Shown here piece after piece: positions 20,721-28,904 of a DNA stretch of 64,000 nt. Position 1 is the first letter of the stretch. Each line of letters opens with the position of its first letter. The notes under the pieces were generated by a model. The model saw only the letters and a program-made list of their open reading frames with translations, did no database searches and had not been told where the DNA came from. The DNA lies in contig JBBRRY010000019.1 of assembly GCA_038245905.1 (NCBI GenBank), forward strand, positions 1-64,000, written 5' to 3'. This DNA is from Thermoanaerobaculia bacterium (lineage in GTDB: Bacteria; Acidobacteriota; Thermoanaerobaculia; UBA5066). The translations under genes were made by a program, and so were the position numbers.

Positions 20721-21272
20721 TCAGTGCTTCTTGATCGGGCCGAGAATCTGGTGCATCCGGTTTCCCATCATCTCGGTGCCGGACTCGGCGTGGGCCCGTC
20801 CCTCGAGGTCCTTGACGAGCCGGTCGAGGACCTTCCGCCCGTTGTCGAGACGCGACATCTCGCGGCCGCGAAACTGGACGGTGGCCTTCACCTTGTCGCC
20901 CTCCTCCAGGAACCGGAGGATGTTCTTCAGCTTGAAGTCGTAGTCGTGCTCGTCGATGTTCGGCCGGAACTTGATTTCCTTGACCTGGGTGACCTTCTGC
21001 TTCTTCTTGCTTTCGTGCTCTTTCTTCTTCTTCTCGAACGTGAACTTGCCGAAGTCCATGATCTTGCAGACGGGGGGATCCGCCTGCTCGGCGATCACGA
21101 CGACGTCGAGCCCTTCCTCGCGTGCCTTCGCGATCGCGGCGGGAGGGTCCACCACCCCCAGCTGGGATCCGTCCGAGCCGATGAGCCGGACCTGCTGGAA
21201 ACGGAGGATGAACTCGTTGATCGGAGAGTTCTTCGTGGGGGGAACGCGGGGGCCACCTCTGAAAAATGCGAT
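20721..21272 (-). CDS. infC: Translation initiation factor IF-3 (non-canonical ATC start)
   Basis: PPVCKIMDFGK, KEIKFRPNIDEHD, GDKVKATVQFRGRE. The frame stays open to ATC 21272, 8 nt after AAGGAGG. Confidence 0.95.
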   Translation of the reverse strand: MAFFRGGPRVPPTKNSPINEFILRFQQVRLIGSDGSQLGVVDPPAAIAKAREEGLDVVVIAEQADPPVCKIMDFGKFTFEKKKKEHESKKKQKVTQVKEIKFRPNIDEHDYDFKLKNILRFLEEGDKVKATVQFRGREMSRLDNGRKVLDRLVKDLEGRAHAESGTEMMGNRMHQILGPIKKH

Positions 21273-21285
21273 GGGGATTTCCTCC

Positions 21286-23250
21286 TTACTGTTTGAGAGC
21301 CGTTGACGTTTCGTGCCACGCGAGCGCGCGGGTCGCCACCGCGCTCTTCATCATTCGAAGCAAGTCTTCGATCTTCTGGTCCTTGAACTCGCCGCCGTGC
21401 CGGACGCGAAGCGAGACCGTGCCTGCCGCCAGCTCCTTCTCGCCGACGATGAGAAGCGCCGGGATCTTGTCCAGCTCGCCGTTACGGATCTTCGCGCCCA
21501 GCTTCTCGTTTCTGTGGTCCGAAGCCGCCCGGATCCCCTCTTCTCTCAACCGTCTCAGAATCTCTTCTCCGTATTCGTTGAATTTCTCCGAGACCGGAAC
21601 GACACGCACCTGCTGAGGCGCGAGCCAGAACGGGAAGTCGCCGCCCGTGTGCTCGATCAGGATGCCGAGGAAGCGCTCGAGCGACCCAAGGATCGCGCGG
21701 TGGAGAATGACCGGCCGCTGCTTGCTTCCGTCCTCGGCCGTGTAGTGCAGGTCGAACAGCTCGGGGAGGTTGAAGTCGCACTGAATCGTCCCGAGCTGCC
21801 AAGGCCGGCCGATCGCGTCGTTGACGCGGAAGTCGATCTTCGGCCCGTAGAACGCGCCGTCACCCGGCGAAACGACGTAGGGGCGTCCCGTCGCCTTCAG
21901 CGCCGCCTCGAGCACCTTCTCGGCGCGATCCCAGACTTCGTCGGGCCCGACGCGCTTCTCGGGCCTGAGGCCGATCGAGATCGCGACGTCCTTGAAGTCG
22001 AACGCGCCGTAGACCTCGTCCAGGAACTCGAGAAACGACGCCACCTCGCGGTCGATCGCCTCGGGCGTCGAGAAGATGTGCGCGTCGTCCTGCGAGAACG
22101 AGCGGACACGCGTGAGGCCTTGCGTCACCCCGGACTTCTCGTAGCGGTGGAGCCGCGCGAAGTCGGCATAGCGCACGGGCAGGTCGCGGTAACTCCAGGC
22201 CTGGGACTTGAAGAGGAGGCAATGACCCGGACAGTTCATCGGCTTGACGCCGAATTCCCGCTCGTCGACCTCGACGAAGAACATGTTCTCGCGGTAGTTA
22301 CCCGAATGCCCTGAGGTCGTGAAGAGCTCCTCGTCGAAGATCTGGGGCGTCAAGACCTCGTCGTAGCCGTACTTGAGGTACAGCTCGCGGATCCAGGAGA
22401 TCAGGAGGTTGTAGACCGCCGCGCCCTTCGGGAGGAAGAACGGCGACGCGGGCGCCCACGGGTGGAACACGAAGAGCCCAAGCTCCTTGCCGAGCTTGCG
22501 GTGATCGCGGGCCCGCGCGGCCTCGAGGCGGGCAAGGTGCTCGTCGAGATCCTTCTGCGTGAGGAAGACCGCCCCGTAGATGCGCTGGAGCATCGGGTTC
22601 CGTTCGTCGCCCTTCCAGTAGGCGCCGGCCGAGTGCGTGAGCTTGAAGACGCCGAGCTTCCCCGTGGACGGGACGTGCGGGCCGCGGCAAAGGTCGATGA
22701 AGTCCTTCTGCTCGTAACACGAGAGGCTTCCCTCGGGAATGCCCGCGACGATCTCGACCTTGAGCGGGTCGTTCTGCGCCGAGAAGATCGCGACGGCCTC
22801 GGCCTTCGACATCTCCCTGCGGACGATGACGTTGTCCTCGGCGACGATCTTCTTCATCTCGGCCTCGATCTTTTCGAGGTCTTCGGGCGTGAAGGGCCGG
22901 CCCGGGTCGAAATCGTAGTAGAAGCCGTGCTCGATCGCGGGGCCGATTCCGATCTTGACGCCCGGGTAGAGACGCTTGACCGCGTTCGCGCAGAGGTGAG
23001 CCGTCGAGTGCCGATAGAGCTCCAGCGCGTCCGCGTGCTTCGGCGTCACGACCTCGAACTTCCCCGAAGCCATGAGCGGGCGCGAGAGGTCGAGTACGGC
23101 GCCGTCCAGCTTCACGCCGAGGGCGTCCTTTGCGAGCCGGGGGCCGATCGACTCGGCTACGGCACGGCCCGTGGTGCCCTCAGGAACCTCCCGAACCGAA
23201 CCATCCGGCAGCGTCAACCTGATGACGCTCGAACTCACCGCCGCAGACAT
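21286..23250 (-). CDS. thrS: Threonine-tRNA ligase
   Basis: TGS domain, RHSTAH, DLCRGPH, DHRKLGKEL, KPMNCPGH, GAFYGPKID, HRAILGSLERF. Confidence 0.98.
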   Translation of the reverse strand: MSAAVSSSVIRLTLPDGSVREVPEGTTGRAVAESIGPRLAKDALGVKLDGAVLDLSRPLMASGKFEVVTPKHADALELYRHSTAHLCANAVKRLYPGVKIGIGPAIEHGFYYDFDPGRPFTPEDLEKIEAEMKKIVAEDNVIVRREMSKAEAVAIFSAQNDPLKVEIVAGIPEGSLSCYEQKDFIDLCRGPHVPSTGKLGVFKLTHSAGAYWKGDERNPMLQRIYGAVFLTQKDLDEHLARLEAARARDHRKLGKELGLFVFHPWAPASPFFLPKGAAVYNLLISWIRELYLKYGYDEVLTPQIFDEELFTTSGHSGNYRENMFFVEVDEREFGVKPMNCPGHCLLFKSQAWSYRDLPVRYADFARLHRYEKSGVTQGLTRVRSFSQDDAHIFSTPEAIDREVASFLEFLDEVYGAFDFKDVAISIGLRPEKRVGPDEVWDRAEKVLEAALKATGRPYVVSPGDGAFYGPKIDFRVNDAIGRPWQLGTIQCDFNLPELFDLHYTAEDGSKQRPVILHRAILGSLERFLGILIEHTGGDFPFWLAPQQVRVVPVSEKFNEYGEEILRRLREEGIRAASDHRNEKLGAKIRNGELDKIPALLIVGEKELAAGTVSLRVRHGGEFKDQKIEDLLRMMKSAVATRALAWHETSTALKQ

Positions 23251-23321
23251 GCCTTACCCTCTTCCCTTCTCAGAAATCTTCCTCTCTCCCGCGAGAAGAA
23301 CAACGACGTCAGGTCGAGGGA

Positions 23322-23397
23322 TGGTAGGCGCTAGCGGACTCGAACCGCTGACCCCTTCCGTGTGAAGGAAGTGCTCTACCGACTGAGCTAAGCGCCT
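23322..23397 (-). tRNA. tRNA-Val (CAC)
   Basis: AGGCGCTTAGCTCAGTCGGTAGAGCACTTCCTT-CAC-ACGGAAGGGGTCAGCGGTTCGAGTCCGCTAGCGCCTACCA; full cloverleaf, CCA encoded. Confidence 0.97.
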
Positions 23398-23437
23398 TCG
23401 AGTAGCCGTACGGCGGCGGCACGGGAGAGACCGCGGA

Positions 23438-23512
<75 letters not shown>

Positions 23513-24142
23513 TTACTTGCCGCGTTTGTCTCTCCGAGGGCTGTCGCCGGGGGCCGTTCGCTTTGGAACGTCTTGTGAGCCCCGACCTCGACCCGGATCG
23601 TCTTCTCCAAAGAGCATTTCCGGCGTTTCGGCCGGAGCCGCGGAGGATAACACAGCCCCCGGCGGGATCGGCCCTCCGGACTCCCGGATCGCCGCCTTCT
23701 TCCTCACCCAGAGCGTCTCCGTCACGCGTGCGACGAGAGCGCCGTCGTCCGCGACGATCTCGACGACGAGGACGGGCTCGACTCTCTCCCCGCGGTCGGC
23801 CGCCGCGCGGATCTCGTCGATCCTCTCCGGCGGAACGACGAACGTCGCCGTCACGCGCCCGCGGCCGGGCCTCAGGAACTCGATCTGGGCCGCCTTGTTC
23901 CACACGATGTAGCCCTGGCCGAGGTTCTTCATCAGGATGAAGACGAAGTGCGGATCGCACATCGAGTAGAGCGACCCGCCGAACTGCGTCCCGAAGAGGT
24001 TCCTGTTCCACCAGTAGAGCCCCATGCGGACGACGATCGTGTGCGGGTCGTCCTTCGGATACCGGACCTTCACACCCGCCCCGAGGTACGGCGGGTAGAG
24101 GCTTACGAGCCTCATGAGGAGGCGGTGGCGGAGCGAAGCCAT
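23513..24142 (-). CDS. DUF4442 hotdog-fold/thioesterase-like protein
   Basis: YPPYLGAGVKV...NRNLFGTQFGGSLYSMCDP...YIVWNKAAQIEFLRPG. Confidence 0.8.
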   Translation of the reverse strand: MASLRHRLLMRLVSLYPPYLGAGVKVRYPKDDPHTIVVRMGLYWWNRNLFGTQFGGSLYSMCDPHFVFILMKNLGQGYIVWNKAAQIEFLRPGRGRVTATFVVPPERIDEIRAAADRGERVEPVLVVEIVADDGALVARVTETLWVRKKAAIRESGGPIPPGAVLSSAAPAETPEMLFGEDDPGRGRGSQDVPKRTAPGDSPRRDKRGK

Positions 24143-24145
24143 CGC

Positions 24146-24835
24146 CTAGCGCGAGACGCCCGCGGGTGCCGGCGTACCGATCGCGGCGAATGGGATGTCG
24201 AGGACGGCGTACTCGCGCCAGTCCTTCCAGTCGAAGTGCCACCACTCCCACGGGTAGACGAAGAACCCCTCTTTCTCCATCGCGCCCCGAAGGAGGTCGC
24301 GGCGCTCCAGCGCGTCCTTCGGCCCGCCCTCGTATGTCACATAGGAGCGCTTGGACATCTCGTCGTATGCGCCCCCCATGTCCGCTTCCTTCCCCGTTTC
24401 GAGGCGATAGAGTGTCAGGTCGACGGCCCCGCCCCGGTTGTGTCGCGAGCCGTTCTTCGGGTTCGCGACGAAGACCTTCTTGTCGGCCGGCGTCAGGTCC
24501 CAGAACTGCTTCGTGACGGCCCACGGGCGATAGCCGTCGAAGACCAGGAGGCCGTAGCCCTGCGCCTTCAGCGAGGTGTTCACGCGCGCGAGCGCCTCGG
24601 CGGCCGGGCGCTGTAGAAAGGCGCGCGCCTCGGAATAGAAGGGCCGGCCGAACTCGTTGTTCTTCGTCGCGTACCGCACCTCGAGCCGAATCGTCGGGTC
24701 GAAGCGGACGAGCTCGGCGAGGTCGGGCGCGCGGAAAGCGCGGTCCTCCTTCGGGGGGCCGTCCTGTGCGTAGAGCGGTGCGGCGGGGAAAGGAACGAGC
24801 AACAGGACCGCGAGAAACCTGAATGGAACTTTCAT
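24146..24835 (-). CDS. Exported D-alanyl-D-alanine dipeptidase (peptidase M15D, DdpX/VanX family)
   Basis: Signal peptide from ATG 24835; YAT..N, FDGYRP, SRHNRGGAVDLTL, EWWHF. Confidence 0.9.
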   Translation of the reverse strand: MKVPFRFLAVLLLVPFPAAPLYAQDGPPKEDRAFRAPDLAELVRFDPTIRLEVRYATKNNEFGRPFYSEARAFLQRPAAEALARVNTSLKAQGYGLLVFDGYRPWAVTKQFWDLTPADKKVFVANPKNGSRHNRGGAVDLTLYRLETGKEADMGGAYDEMSKRSYVTYEGGPKDALERRDLLRGAMEKEGFFVYPWEWWHFDWKDWREYAVLDIPFAAIGTPAPAGVSR

Positions 24836-24897
24836 CGCACTCGGCCTCCCCATCCGCGCCACCGCGCGAATCGCGAACGCAGATTCCTTCCGTTGAA

Positions 24898-25362
24898 CTA
24901 CTTCTTGACGTCGAACTCCTTGGTCGCGGCGACGGCGCCGTCGGCCGAGACCTCGAGCTTGTACTTCCCCACGGGCCAGCCCGAGGGCTTCGCGATGTGG
25001 AATTCGGTGACGGCGGGGCCGGTCGGTGCGATGTCCCGGCTCTCCTCGTTCACGAGCTGATTCTTCGCGCCGAAGGTCCAGCGCGCCTTGAGCGTGGCCT
25101 TGGCCGATGCGCCCTCGGAGGAGACCCCCGCGTAGATCGTGTCCTTCGGGCCGAACAGCGCGGCAGCGTCCTTGATTTTCTTGTCCTCGCCGATGGACTT
25201 GCCGAGATCGACGGACGTGACCTTGAACGGCACGGGCGTCGGCACGGCGGTGGGCGCCGGGATCGGCGTCGGAGGCGGCGGGGGCGGCTCTTTCTTCGCG
25301 CAAGCGCCAAGCGAGACCGCGGCGATGAGGACGAGTGCGGGCAGGACGAAACGGTTCTTCAT
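24898..25362 (-). CDS. Hypothetical lipoprotein with Pro-rich linker and Ig-like beta domain
   Basis: Lipobox LGAC, PPPPPPTPIPAPT linker, GWPVGKYKLEV. Confidence 0.75.
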   Translation of the reverse strand: MKNRFVLPALVLIAAVSLGACAKKEPPPPPPTPIPAPTAVPTPVPFKVTSVDLGKSIGEDKKIKDAAALFGPKDTIYAGVSSEGASAKATLKARWTFGAKNQLVNEESRDIAPTGPAVTEFHIAKPSGWPVGKYKLEVSADGAVAATKEFDVKK

Positions 25363-25377
25363 CGTTCTCTCCTTCTG

Positions 25378-25632
25378 TCAGGCGCCCGGGATCTTCAGGA
25401 CCTGGCCCGGGTGAATCATGTCGGGGTTCTTGATCGTATCCTTGTTCGCCTCGAAGATTTCCTTCCAGCGCGAGGCGTCACCGAAGATCTTCTTGGCAAT
25501 CTTGGAGAGGCTGTCACCGCCCACGACCGTGTACGCGCGCGTGATGACCTCGCCTGTCGGCGCCTCGGCCGAGCTGGAGCTGCCGCTCTTCACATCCGAG
25601 AAATCGGGCTCTGGTTCGTCGGGAAATGGCAT
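25378..25632 (-). CDS. Small LysM-domain protein
   Basis: YTVVGGDSLSKIAK...WKEIFEANKDTIKNPDMIHPGQVLKIP; AAGGAG precedes ATG 25632. Confidence 0.9.
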   Translation of the reverse strand: MPFPDEPEPDFSDVKSGSSSSAEAPTGEVITRAYTVVGGDSLSKIAKKIFGDASRWKEIFEANKDTIKNPDMIHPGQVLKIPGA

Positions 25633-25668
25633 GGGACTACTCCTTTCGTAGGGGGCAAGCATATCGAA

Positions 25669-27378
25669 TCATTCCGCCATGCACAGCCCGACGCGGTGGC
25701 CCGCGCCGCGTCCGCTGACGCGCCAGCCGCCCTCGACGCGCTCGAAGGCGTCGGGGGGCGACGGCAAGCCGTCCCAGCCAAGCGTCGCCGCGATCCGGCG
25801 GTGGAGATCGTCGTAGAGAAAAGACTTCTTCTTCGACGAGGGGGAGAAGAAGGTCGCAACCGTTAACCTCACGCCGCCCTTCTCGGTGGCTTCGAGGCCG
25901 ACGACTCTTTCGCCGAACGCGGCGTCGATCGAGCTCGAGGGCCAACGCCGCGTCCAGCGGAACGAGGCGTCTTCTCCCGAGTGACGCGGGCAGACGTCCG
26001 GCGTTTCGCTGCCGCTTCCCCAGACGGCCTTCTCGGAGAGCGGCGCACCGCCGCAATGTCCCGTGAAGTGGGACGGTCCGGACAGCGTCGCCGCATCCGT
26101 CGCGCGCCGCCATCCGGCGTCGTCGAGGAACGCGGGCGGCGCGGCGATCGCGTTGCGCTTGTCCACCAGCGCGGTCCAGCGAGACGTCCACGTCACGTCC
26201 GGCCCCAGGCCCGCGAACCGCGCACAGTGCGTCAGGTCGCAGACGTCCTCGGCGCCGTGCCGCGCGCCGCGCGCGAGAAAGCGCAGGATGGCGGCGCCAA
26301 GCTCCTCCTTCCGGGCGCGCGGCGCGCTCGGCATCTCGCCGCGGATCACACCCTCTACGTAGTCGCGCCGCGTCGTCGTGAGGACGAGGGACACGCCGGG
26401 CGCTTCCGGATTCCCCCGCGCCCTCAGGCTTCCGCAGACGATGCGGACGAGGCCGAAGCGCGGGAGTCCGAGGAGCCATGTTCCGGATTGGAGGTGCTCT
26501 CCCGGTCCCAGGGCGACCTCGGAGCCCGGACCGATCCACGCGGCCCCGCCCGGCCCGTCGACGCGCACGGGCGCGCTCCCGATGTTATTCGCGGAGATCT
26601 CCGTCGCCCGGAGCGCGACGAAGAGGCGCACGGAAACGGGTCGTTCGGTGAGCTTCGGCTCTTTGGCCGATCGTCCCCCGGCGTTCTCTTTCTGAAGCAG
26701 GGCGCCGAGCGCGGCCGCGGCCCGGGAACCCGTGCCGCGCGGGAGGAGGGCGAGGTGACCCGAGCGGCCCGCCGGATCGAAGAGCACGGCCCAGCCCGAT
26801 GTGCCGAGCGGCGCGCCGTCGAGTGCGTGAACCGTTCCCGTTTTCGCGAAAAGGCCGCGCAGCGGCACACCGGCCGCCGTGCCGCCTTCCCCGGCGTCGC
26901 GCATCCCGTCCAGCCATTCGCGCCGGACGTCGTCGCGCACGGCCCACGCCGTCGTGAGGAGCTCGGCGTAGGCCTGGAGGAGGCGACGCGGCGCGATGAC
27001 GATGTTCGGCCCGAGGCCGATCGCGGCATCCGGCGTGACGGGTCCTGAAACGTCGTAGCCGGCGGCGGTCAGCGTCTCGCGCAGCAGGGCTTCGGGCGTT
27101 TCCGCTGCGAGCCGCCGGAAATAAGCGTTGCACGACCGCGCCGTGGCGCCCCGGAGGTCCATGGCGCCGTGCCCCCCATCGAGCCAGCATCGCGAAGATC
27201 GGTCGCACGTCGAGCGCGGCGTCGGCGTGGCCGGGTCGGAATGCGCGAGCGCCCAGGCCTTCGTCACCCACGCTTTCTGGAGCGAGCCGACGCTGTGGGG
27301 GGTGTCCGCGCCTTCCTCCGGCGAGACCTGCCCGTCGGCAAGGCGCCAGACGAGGAGTCCGGCCGCGAGGAGCTTCAT
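25669..27378 (-). CDS. PBP transpeptidase-like domain fused to a SpoIID/LytB-like domain (YfaQ-like)
   Basis: GSLQK (SxxK), SCN (SxN), KTGT (KTG); C-terminal YVEGVIRGEM, CDLTHC, GHRVGLC. ATGA overlap at 27375-27378. Confidence 0.7.
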   Translation of the reverse strand: MKLLAAGLLVWRLADGQVSPEEGADTPHSVGSLQKAWVTKAWALAHSDPATPTPRSTCDRSSRCWLDGGHGAMDLRGATARSCNAYFRRLAAETPEALLRETLTAAGYDVSGPVTPDAAIGLGPNIVIAPRRLLQAYAELLTTAWAVRDDVRREWLDGMRDAGEGGTAAGVPLRGLFAKTGTVHALDGAPLGTSGWAVLFDPAGRSGHLALLPRGTGSRAAAALGALLQKENAGGRSAKEPKLTERPVSVRLFVALRATEISANNIGSAPVRVDGPGGAAWIGPGSEVALGPGEHLQSGTWLLGLPRFGLVRIVCGSLRARGNPEAPGVSLVLTTTRRDYVEGVIRGEMPSAPRARKEELGAAILRFLARGARHGAEDVCDLTHCARFAGLGPDVTWTSRWTALVDKRNAIAAPPAFLDDAGWRRATDAATLSGPSHFTGHCGGAPLSEKAVWGSGSETPDVCPRHSGEDASFRWTRRWPSSSIDAAFGERVVGLEATEKGGVRLTVATFFSPSSKKKSFLYDDLHRRIAATLGWDGLPSPPDAFERVEGGWRVSGRGAGHRVGLCMAE

Positions 27379-28904
27379 CGTGCCGGGGAAAGGACGACGC
27401 GTTCCGTCCAGCCGGCAGGCGAGGCGCAGCGCTCGACCGAAATCGTCGCGATTCCCGGAGCCCAGCCCAAGAGCCCGAGGACGCGGTCCGAGAACGGCCG
27501 CGCTCGCTCGGGCGAGAAGACGCCCTCGGCGCGCGCCCAGTCCTTGCCTTCGCGCGCCACGGCGGACAGATCCAGCCAGCTCCACCTCACGAGCGAGCCA
27601 TCGGCCGAAGGTTCCACGATTCCGGCAAGGTCCTCGCGCGAGGCCGCGATCCACAGCCAGGCACCGCGCCGCTCCCATGCGAACGCGGGCAGGTCCGGCC
27701 CCACGCGGAGCTCGCTCCGTTCCCTCCGGGCGACGCCTGCGCGGCGCGCGGCCATGGCGAGCGCGAGAGCCACGAGACGCGCGTCCCCCTCGACTGGCCG
27801 CTTCACAACGAGGCGCCGCGCTCCGCTCTTCCCGATCTCCCATCCCCACCCGTCGACAGGACTTTCCTTCAGGTGGGCGGCCCACTCCGGCAGCTCGCCC
27901 GGCTCGCCCCCGGCCTTCTCGTCCGGCGCGGCGCGCGTCAGATCCACGAGGTAGGGATCGGCCGCCGTGGAATTCGCGTCGGGCAGCGGCTTGAGAGACG
28001 CCACGGGCAGCGCCTTCGGCTCGGGCACGCTTTCGAGGAGGCCCCGGCGAAGAGCCCCGAAGAGGCGGGAGCCGTCCGTCTCCCAGCCCGCGGCGGCGAG
28101 GTCACGGCCGTCGATTTTCCAGGCCGGGGCGGCGGCGCGCGAGGCGTCGGTTCCCTCGCGCACCTCGACGAGGGCCTCTCCTTCGGCGCGTAGCGCCGCG
28201 AGAATCGTGCCGGTTTCGGATCCGGAGACCCCTTCCGCAAACAGAAACTCGCGGCGGAAGTAGAGGTCTTTTCGAAGCGCCGCGACGTCGAGCTTCAGGG
28301 AAACGAGCCCGGGCAGGAATCCCCTCACGCCCTCGCCCGCGAGCGAGCAATCGAGGGCGAGCTGAAGAGCCTTCTCGCTCGTCGCAATCAGAAGGACTCC
28401 GTTCGACTCCGCCCACGCGAGACCCATCCGCCGCGACGCGGCCCTGAGGTCTCCCGCGCCGCGGGCCACGACGCGGTACGCCATGCCCCGGCGGTCTTTC
28501 GCCGTCCCGCCCGGCAGCTTCAGAACCGCGGCGGCCGACGCCGTCCGAACCGCCAGGACCGTCTCGAGATCGCCGACCGAGAGGAGCGTGACGCCAATCT
28601 CCGATGGCTGCAGCTTCATGAGCGAGCCCCAGTCGAGAGGGAGATCCTTCGTGAAGAGCGCCCATTGCGATTCCAGCTTCCCGCCCACGCGGGTCTGCCG
28701 CCAGCCCGCCGCGACCGGATCGGACGCCGGGAGAGCGCCGGACAGCCCCTTGCGGAAGCCACCCGAAAGCGCATGGTCGAAGGCCGGGACGTCGGAGATC
28801 AGAAGGACGACCGGACCCTCCGGAAGCGGGAGCGCTGCCTTCGCCTGTCCTGCGGCCGGGCTCGCCGCGAGCAGCAGCGCGAAGAGAGCAAGGGCTTTTT
28901 TCAT
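27375..28904 (-). CDS. Exported hypothetical protein (operon member)
   Basis: Sec signal peptide MKKALALFALLLAASPAAG; ATGA-coupled on both sides; no recognised motif. Confidence 0.75.
   Translation of the reverse strand: MKKALALFALLLAASPAAGQAKAALPLPEGPVVLLISDVPAFDHALSGGFRKGLSGALPASDPVAAGWRQTRVGGKLESQWALFTKDLPLDWGSLMKLQPSEIGVTLLSVGDLETVLAVRTASAAAVLKLPGGTAKDRRGMAYRVVARGAGDLRAASRRMGLAWAESNGVLLIATSEKALQLALDCSLAGEGVRGFLPGLVSLKLDVAALRKDLYFRREFLFAEGVSGSETGTILAALRAEGEALVEVREGTDASRAAAPAWKIDGRDLAAAGWETDGSRLFGALRRGLLESVPEPKALPVASLKPLPDANSTAADPYLVDLTRAAPDEKAGGEPGELPEWAAHLKESPVDGWGWEIGKSGARRLVVKRPVEGDARLVALALAMAARRAGVARRERSELRVGPDLPAFAWERRGAWLWIAASREDLAGIVEPSADGSLVRWSWLDLSAVAREGKDWARAEGVFSPERARPFSDRVLGLLGWAPGIATISVERCASPAGWTERVVLSPAR

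Noticed and set aside
24146-24835. Vancomycin resistance (vanX)
   Set aside because: Has a signal peptide and no vanH/vanA/vanRS neighbours; generic M15D dipeptidase.
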